A stretch of 58,378 nt of DNA, the filler included, from Bipalium vagum (Eukaryota), in assembly GCA_037834085.1 (NCBI GenBank). It is 3 parts of 3 records of this genome, joined end to end, with 100 filler letters (N's around TTAATTAATTAA, not from the genome) between each part and the next. Parts side by side here need not be neighbours in the genome. Positions count along the whole stretch, not along the records: positions 36,561 to 58,378 come from JBBMKC010231621.1; 2 more parts are not named here. One strand, 5' to 3'. How positions within the stretch are numbered: position 1 is the stretch's first letter; the number at the start of each line of letters is the position of its first letter. Made by a program: the position numbers and the translations under genes. Below are positions 51,401-58,378 of this stretch, piece after piece. The notes under the pieces are model-generated. The model did not search any database, was not told the origin of the DNA, and saw only the letters and a program-made list of their open reading frames with translations.

Positions 51401-54400
51401 GTTGGTAATCACGTTTTCTTTCACATTCTATAGCTATTTTCTTCACCCGAGCTTCTTTTTTCTTGTTTTTCAACATTTTTTCCGCATTGTTTACATCTTC
51501 GCGAAATTTAGATCGGAGAAAGTTTAGGCAGAACTCAATAAGAGGCAAATCTTTTCCATAATTCTCATTCCAGTTCACAATGATAGATATTACAACATGC
51601 TTTAATTTCGTCTCATCGGATTCCGATTTTCGACCATTGAATATTGCGATTAATTTGACCATCGATTTCTAGAAGAAAAGTACACCTAAATCAATCAAAA
51701 AACAGTTTATATTGTTATATTTCGATGAAATTTTATATATTAATTTATTTTCTTCCGGATTCGTTCCTATTTTCAAAATCAATTTGAAATTTTTTAAAAA
51801 TTCATTGAGTTTAATGAATATATGGATATGAACAATTTAAAGTACCAATAAGACAATATTCCATCGTTTAAAACGTGGAATATATCTTATCTCTTTCAAA
51901 TATTGTTAGAAAAATTAATATTATGTTAACTAACATAATTAAAAATATAAATACTCTAAAGTCTCAAAGATATTCGTCGTATTGTACTAAATAAATTATT
52001 ATATTTATATCCCACTTTAATGAAAACAAACGGTTTTTCCATATTTTAATAATTAAGTCCCCTTAGCTAAGTTTCAGTCTTTTTTGATTAGTTCCCGGTC
52101 TAATAAATCATAACTTTCTTTAAGTTAAATATCCATCACCTCAAAAGAGAGAGCTTAATCTTTCCTGAACTCGTTTTTTCTATATCCATTTATAAGAAAT
52201 GGTTTATATATTGCACTTTAACAATTTAAACCAGCAAATATCAGCAGATTCAAGAATCCAGTTAAACCACTAGAAATAGTACAATTTAAAATCTTTATTT
52301 TTATAAAGATCCTTACGTTCATACTAATGTGGGACCCAGAACTGTCAAAAAACCAGAAAAATTAAGTTAGCAGAAAATATGGAATTAATCAACTTTATGA
52401 ATTGATCCACGTTTTAAAGGAATTTAGTACCCTCTTTTGAACAAATAGATTCATCTTTTCCTTTGATTATTACTGTTCAATAAAGTCTTTTTTTTCAGAA
52501 TCAGGTGCAGGATAGATTCAAGTTGTTCGAACCTTCAATCAATTAGCGGAAGAAAATGCAATTTTCTTTGTATCATCTTTTTCAGTGGTGGATTTGATGT
52601 GCTCCTCCGTAAAATGAAGATCTCATCAAAATTATATATATTTTCGATTTGAATATCGAATTCAACAATTACAACTTTAATTGATTGATGAAAATATATG
52701 CTCTCTTGATTAATCAATAATTACAAAGTACAGAAATCCTATTACCTTTTGTATTGTAAATAAATTTCTTTCAGAAAACATTAAAGAATCTTTTTTTGAT
52801 GCTTTGAGGTGAAACAACTCTTCAAAGATTTCAAGATGTCAGGTCTCATAACTGTTTAACTTTGAAGACAATAATTTTCTATTCTCAGTTTAACCATTCT
52901 TTGAGGACCTTATGGTCGATCATTCCCAATGCTGTTATTTATTTTACATTCAGCTATAGTCGATTTTTTATATTTCATCTAAAAAGGTAAAATAAGTAAA
53001 AAAAAATACAGTGAAACCTGTTAATTTTGGAACCTGCTACAGTTGATCCTTTTATTTAAAAACAGACAAAATTAAATAATGACTTTTGTTTTCATGAACC
53101 CATTATCATTTTGGCACCTCTATATTTTTGGCAAATTTTTCGGTCCTAATGACATTGGTAATTTTCACTGTATTTAAATTTTTAAAAATTAATAAAATCC
53201 CCACTGTCTGTTTTTAATGCTGGAAAAAATAAATGTTCATATTAATTCAGATTTTAGAGTATATTCAATTATCGTTTATATTTAATTGCATTCATCTTGT
53301 GATGTATCTTGCAACGATATTATTTTAAAAAATAATCCATTACATACTTTTAATAATAATATCTAATTCTATTTATAAGCATCTAATTTAATATCAAATA
53401 AGTACGATTAAAATGGTACTTTTAAAATCATTGGTTTCCTTTCAGGACACCAAATAGAAAAGGTAAATTAGTTACAGAAATTTAGCAACTATAAGACTAG
53501 TTTTAATTTTGCAAAACCTATGGGTTTTAGTTATCAAATCCTTATACATAAGATGGTCCCCATATATAAGGCGACATTAAATATTTTTTCATTTATTATA
53601 AATTTGTTTTAAATGAACACGACAATCATATTCTGCGGAAACAACATTGTAAGTTGTTGAACAAAATAACAATGCTATTGCTATGCGAGAATTTGGAATG
53701 AGTGAAGTTAATGTGCGATGATGGAAAATAGAAAAAGATGTATCTAAATCCAAGAGATAAACACGCTCGAAGAGGACGAGTTGCATTTAGGCCCGACCTG
53801 GAACAAGATTTGAAGCAATGGGTATTAGAAATCCGCTATGTAATCAGAACAGATTTTAATTTTTAAACGATAATTATTAAAAAATGTGTGGTCTTTTATT
53901 TGGAAATTCTGTCTTGCTTATTTATTACTTCATGCAATAATCAATTTAGGGAACTCATAGGCCTATGAGGTCATGTTATCATAGACTCAAATCAAATTTA
54001 ATCCTAGAATTTAAGATATTAATTTCTATTCCTAAAACAGAATATTTACTATAATTTTTAAAATAGTGAGATTGAAATGTTCTGGCAGTTTCTTTTAATA
54101 CTTGATCTTTTATTAAAACCAAATTATAATTATTATTTCTTCTTCACACTGATCAAAAATGTATCAAACTGTTTACAATATCACGATTTTATTTTATTAA
54201 ATAAATAATTGATTTCAACTGAATTTCAATTCAAATCAAAATTCTTGCTTTATGATTTAATTTTTATTTTAATTGACGAATTATGAATAATATCATTAAA
54301 AAACTTCACTAATTTTCACAAATGATCAATTTTTCCTGAGATTGTCATTGTAGATGGCAAATTTTAAGTTCAGCAGAATAAAAAATTCTAAATAAAGAAT

Positions 54401-55173
54401 AATTCCACAAATATTAACGTAAAAATCAATGATTTCGGAATTTTTTCAAATGAGAAAATCATTCCCGTGACAGCCAAAACATTTTAAATCTTAAGAATAT
54501 TTTCGTAGCCTTCAGGAACTGTCTCAGAGAATGTTGAAGCTGTGAATTCACACAATCTTAAAGTGAGACTCAAGTCAAGCAAAAAATTTGAAAGCTCCCT
54601 TGAAATGTATCTTACAGCTTTATCTTCTGTGAATAATTAATTAAGTTGTTTAAAATATAATAAACACTTACTGACGAGCTTAGATCATAAAACTGCTCAA
54701 AACCAGGTCACAAATATATCCAATTATATTTAATTGTTTTTTTAAGAATATTTTTGATATTAATTTGAACATGACAAGAATCATTTTGATTATTTTACGA
54801 TAAATTAAAATGATAAAAAATAACACATGACCTCACCATAATAATAAATTAAAATTTTTTAAGTTAGTTACAAAATATACCTGTAAATTTTTTAAAAACG
54901 GATTTCTGAATTCTGGAATTAAAATGAAGAATCTATCAATTAACTCAAATAATTTCATTTGAAAAAATGTTTTTTGAGACAATAACATGTTATTGACAGA
55001 ATGTAATAAACATTTTAGTGAATCTGGGTTTTTCCTGCATTATATGTAATCATATAATGTTGTTTCATAACTTACAATAGATTATTAATCAAATCATTGT
55101 ATACATCTTCATCTATTTCATATTTATTTTTCTTCTTAATTACTTTATCCAAGCTATTCTGTATTGCATTCAT
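48431..55173 (-). CDS. UVSSA: UV-stimulated scaffold protein A-like (VHS-like N-terminus, helical middle region, acidic TFIIH-binding motif), 7 exons, ~361 aa, apparently C-terminally truncated
   Basis: Phase-compatible exons 55173-55076, 55034-54881, 51668-51380, 51321-51175, 51132-50915, 48658-48547 and 48498-48431. The peptides FELIDRFFILIPEFRNPFLKNLQ, IVNWNENYGKDLPLIEFCLNFLR, IENCFNILIP, IEIYENSNNTDLLRTLKD and DSEQDDFDFIDVP follow the order of recalled UVSSA motifs (FRMLVVSNFQ, WNEKFG...HFLR, ESCFRLLVP, ExEDN, DFVEVP). Confidence 0.8.
48740..50660 (+). mobile_element. Tc1 relic split by a nested element, in UVSSA intron 5
   Basis: Left part: KRRLRNSGLFGRAA, PTVKHGGRWVLIYGCF, FQKDN. Right part after 50478: LQKAWSKI...RGYIDE (Tc1 C-terminus). 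Confidence 0.7.
49240..50476 (-). mobile_element. DD37D (maT)-type Tc1/mariner element nested in the Tc1 relic
   Basis: WFFSDE.IFTQDQKVNRRNDRW, TKFPSSLMILGVVSNEGHVMPPYFF, QQDSAPCH, WPPRSPDLNPLDY; 5' end TA-CATGGTG (degenerate CAGGGTG). Confidence 0.8.
52060..52990 (-). mobile_element. pogo/Tigger relic
   Basis: IENIYNFDE (NxDETG) remnant; otherwise degraded. Confidence 0.45.
53009..53170. mobile_element. pogo/Tigger-type MITE, 162 bp
   Basis: TA-CAGTGAAA ... TTTCACTG-TA: inverted termini with TA target duplication on both sides. Confidence 0.8.
53550..53850 (+). mobile_element. pogo relic (BrkDBD + CENP-B HTH fragments)
   Basis: NAIAMREFGMSEVNVR*W and PDLEQDLKQWVLEIR. Confidence 0.6.
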
Positions 55174-55405
55174 AAATTATAAATACTTCTATTGAGTTTC
55201 TGTAAATAATTTAAATAGAACTTAAAACTAGGTTTGAATAAACAAAACATTAGAAAATAATACGTACAATAATTTTAAATTTTTTTATTTTTCACTTAAA
55301 ATAGTTAATGTTTTTTATTTTAATAATATTTAGTTCTTTCAGATTTAATACAAAGAGAAAAAGGTTCTAGAAATAAAATATAAATATATGGTTCAACTTC
55401 GATAT

Positions 55406-56001
55406 CACTGCAGGTCTTTTGCCAAGATCTATGTAATTTTTAAGAATTCAGTACTTCTTATGTTATACAAATTTTTATAATCCAGACTTAGGGTGAGTTT
55501 TTAATTAGCGGAGTTTTTTATGAGAGCGCAGCGACCTTAATAGCAACCTATTTCGTTAAATATAAAACACTTTTTATCTTAGCAATAGATAACTTAGGAT
55601 ACATTTCTTGTAATATTTGAAATGTTGTGCTGGATCGATCTAACACCTTAATGAAATTTTTGAATAGACCTTAATTTAATGGGCAAAGTAGAAAGGATGA
55701 CATTTTGATGAGAAATTAGAGGCTCAAACTGAACATTGTGATTATTAGGTATACTAATTGAACGTATTGTTCATTCACCTTTATTATAATAATCACGTCT
55801 AGTTCTAATGATCCACAAACACAAAAAGCAATTTTATTTAGTGAAATGTTTATAAATCCCTGTTTGTGCACAATTACTTTTAAATCTTGGCATACTCAAC
55901 ACATAGCGTAATACTTTGGTACCCCCATTTTTTCTTCACTTACTCATATGCATGCCTCCCGACACACATGCTCGTTCTTTCGTCAAAAACGTGTTTACCA
56001 A
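55406..56001 (-). mobile_element. Chapaev3 (CMC) DNA transposon relic, interrupted at 56001
   Basis: Minus-strand fragments CQDLKVI, CFLCLW.IRTRRDYY and NVQFEPLISHQNVILSTLPIKLRSIQKFIKVLD...YPKLSIAKIK match recalled Chapaev3 motifs (CGDLKV, CFLCLWDSR, LPPLHIKLGLMKxFVKA, FPxLSxAKIKEG). CACTG terminus at 55406. Confidence 0.7.
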
Positions 56002-56139
56002 AGTAGTACACTATGTCGTATAAAGATAAAATAACTAAAATATTACTAAAAAATCACTAAAAGAATAACTAAAAAAATCAATAAAAAATAGTAAAATAAA
56101 TCAAAAAATTTAAAACTGAAAAATAAAATTTTTTCTTAA

Positions 56140-56472
56140 AAAATAGAAACCAAAAGAAATGATTTAAATAACCTATCAAATCTAGAATTAAATAAAATTG
56201 AAAATAAATTTCCACAAAATAGATATTATGAAATATTTTTAAGAGCTAAAAATTTTAATTTAGAAGAAAAAGATTTAAAATCTTATTTTAAAGATTTATT
56301 ATGGTTAATAGATAATTGCACATTTGAACCATATAAAAATAAAATAAAAGAACAACAAAAAAATATGAATGATATATTTATTTATAATTACACGAAATTA
56401 GATGAAAATCTAAGGGTGGAAATATTAAAATTTTATCAAAACAAATTAATAAAATTTTTAAATAAAAATTGA
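56140..56472 (+). pseudogene. 110-codon open frame of unknown function, probable Polinton accessory gene with lost start codon
   Basis: Stop-free frame KIETKRNDLNNL...KDLLWLIDNCTFEPY...KLIKFLNKN* in very AT-rich DNA. It begins AAAAA ATA GAA, which could derive from ATG. Confidence 0.4.
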
Positions 56473-56474
56473 CA

Positions 56475-56609
56475 GTGGAAAAATGGTATTGTGAAATTTG
56501 TGACAAAAATATTTCAAAATATAATAAATCAAAAAATTTAAAGACAAACGGACATTTGAAAAATAAAACTAAAGGTACTAATAAAAGTACTAATGATAAT
56601 GATTTCTAA
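56475..56609 (+). pseudogene. Degenerate single C2H2 (matrin/U1-type) zinc finger ORF inside the Polinton-like element
   Basis: VEKWYCEICDKNISKYNKSKNLKTNGHLK: C-x2-C-x11-(H>N)-x5-H. The start codon appears mutated (ACA GTG GAA). Confidence 0.55.
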
Positions 56610-56880
56610 TTTTTTTTACCAAAGTTGGTGGTGACATCCAATCACAAATTACAAATAATAAATTTTTAAATAAATTTACAACTGGAAAATACCCAGGTGA
56701 ATTAAATTTAAAATCTTTAAATCCTTTAAATAAAACAATTTTTTTATATTTATCTTTATTGATTAAAAACATACGATTTCAATAAATTCCTTGGGATAAA
56801 AAGCTTATGTAAACAACTGATTTTTATTGAAAATCGAAATTTTCTGTGTTTATAATTTGAATACATATATAGTAAAGTAA

Positions 56881-56902
56881 ATAGATAGATAGATAGATAG
56901 AT
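56881..56902. repeat. (GATA)n microsatellite
   Basis: atagatagatagatagatagat. Confidence 0.9.
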
Positions 56903-57306
56903 ATATTAAGATAATATGAATATTTATATTAAAGAAATACAAATTGTCTTAAAATTTTAAATTAATAAAAATAATAATAAATAAAGTAAAATAATTATAA
57001 AATTAAAAATATTAAAAATTAAAAAATAAAAAAACTAAAAATAAATTATTAAATGTGATTGATCAACAAGAAGAATGGCGTTCTTGCTTCTTGCAAATTG
57101 AAATCAGTTCTATAAATAAGACATTACAACAACGCCGTACTATTCGAAATATAAAAAGTATTGTTTAAACATTTGATAGTGTAAAATAATAGAAATAAAA
57201 ATGTATAGGAGAGTATAAGAAGGTTAGAGAAATATCCAAACATAGGAAAAATATCCCAAAATTCAAAAATTCATAAATTTTAAAAAATCAATTTTAATTT
57301 AAAAAA

Positions 57307-57762
57307 ATGAATAAGGAAATCACAGAGGAAAAATTAAAAAATATTATCGAAATAGGTAAACCTAAATACATCATTTATAATGGAGAAAAATACTATCTAT
57401 CCAAGAAAATATTTAATCAAGTTAAAGAACAAATAAATGAAAATGAAAAAATTAAACAAGGTAGTGTACTTCCATTGATTCCAATTCTTGGAGCAATATT
57501 TGCAGGATTAGAAGCAGCTGGTGGAGTTGCTGGGAGTATTGCAACAACTGTTCAAAAAGTAAAAGAAACTCGAAAAAATAATACTGAGAAAGAAAAAATA
57601 GAATTGGAAAAAAAGAAATTAGAAATGGAAGTTGAAAAATTGAAACCTAAAAATGAACAAAAATTTGGAGCTGGACTTTACTTCGATCCATATTTTGGAA
57701 AAGGGTTGAGAAAAACAATTTTTAATATTGGGAATACCCCATCTAACAACTCAACAAATTAA
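57307..57762 (+). CDS. Polinton/adintovirus protein resembling the adenovirus core protein X (mu) precursor C-terminal hydrophobic segment
   Basis: QGSVLPLIPILGAIFAGLEAAGGVAGSIA resembles adenoviral pX GGILPLLIPLIAAAIGAVPGIA. It is followed by a charged coiled coil and FGAGLYFDPYFGKGL, with GxG motifs like adenain cleavage sites. Confidence 0.65.
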   Translation: MNKEITEEKLKNIIEIGKPKYIIYNGEKYYLSKKIFNQVKEQINENEKIKQGSVLPLIPILGAIFAGLEAAGGVAGSIATTVQKVKETRKNNTEKEKIELEKKKLEMEVEKLKPKNEQKFGAGLYFDPYFGKGLRKTIFNIGNTPSNNSTN

Positions 57763-58215
57763 AAATATAATTGTTAGTGTATCTATAACAATAAATAATT
57801 TTTTAGATGTGTAAACATAAGAAGTTGGGGGTAAATATCTCGATTTCTATTTATAAATAATAAAAAATGGGGCCATGCTTTATCAATTTAATTGAGAACC
57901 CCAATGACAACTACAATTTTTAAAAAAAATGTTATTGTATTTATACAACAAATATATTTTTTTATTTACAATCATAAAAGGTGGAGTACTGATACAACTT
58001 AACAAATCAAAATAAATAATTGTTATTGTAACTATACAATAAATGTGTTTTTAGTTACAATTATAAAAGATGGATTGCTGAAAACCAACCATCTAATAAC
58101 TTAACAAATGAAAAAAAATTGTGGTATACCTGTAGTGTTCCATATTCTATTTTTCATTACTAAAAATAGGGTTATTACAAATAACCTCATAAAAAATCAA
58201 ATTTTATTTTAAACA

Positions 58216-58378
58216 ATGGCGAATACAAATTTCATTACTGAAAATTGTCAAGCTGTAAATTTTAAAACATGTTTACAATGTTTTCAAATAAAAACTATTT
58301 CTGAATTTTATTCAAAAATGAATAAATGTAAAAATTGTCATAAATTTAATGTAACACAACATAGAAAGATTCCAGAAA
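58216..58378 (+). CDS. Cys4 zinc-binding (KxCxxC..K...F..CxxC) protein, 3'-truncated by the window edge
   Basis: MANTNFITENCQAVNFKTCLQCFQIKTISEFYSKMNKCKNCHK. This treble-clef-like pattern is common in large DNA virus, phage and Polinton ORFs. Confidence 0.55.
   Translation, partial: MANTNFITENCQAVNFKTCLQCFQIKTISEFYSKMNKCKNCHKFNVTQHRKIPE

Larger units (their letters stand above)
56002..58378 (+). mobile_element. Left end of a Polinton/Maverick (adintovirus-like) element, decayed; runs off the window
   Basis: Starts with AGTAGT, a canonical Polinton terminus, exactly where a Chapaev3 transposase relic is cut. Composition shifts abruptly to A-rich, intronless short ORFs. Encodes an adenovirus pX-like protein and zinc-binding ORFs. 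No pPolB, integrase or capsid gene is visible in the window. Confidence 0.65.

Overview
This is very AT-rich eukaryotic nuclear DNA with tiny 41-49 nt introns, (TAA)n microsatellites and many decayed transposons. It is most likely a freshwater planarian (Dugesiidae), inferred from base composition, intron size and the FGFR type. There are three assembly gaps, two carrying an artificial TTAATTAATTAA linker. Host genes rebuilt by hand with phase-compatible GT-AG junctions: (i) a secreted C-type lectin + PAN/apple protein (13222-13981 +) with a decayed tandem paralog; (ii) an FGFR-like receptor tyrosine kinase (7 exons, 38423->20298 -), whose kinase C-lobe exons were not found in the window; (iii) PIF1 helicase (5 exons, 39369-42156 +), head-to-head with the FGFR; (iv) a UVSSA-like gene (7 exons, 55173->48431 -) that stops right after the TFIIH-binding acidic FxxVP motif and so lacks the K414 site and C-terminal zinc finger. 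The last ~2.4 kb looks like the left end of a Polinton/Maverick (adintovirus-like endogenous virus). It begins with AGTAGT exactly where a Chapaev3 transposase relic breaks off, and encodes an adenovirus protein-X(mu)-like protein and small zinc-binding ORFs. Two related blocks (~36.6-37.8 kb and ~45.5-46.7 kb) look like 3' ends of RLE-type non-LTR retrotransposons with densely structured, G-U-rich 3' RNA. The remainder is relics of Tc1/mariner, pogo, Chapaev and LTR elements, plus MITEs. All calls are by eye; no database searches were run.
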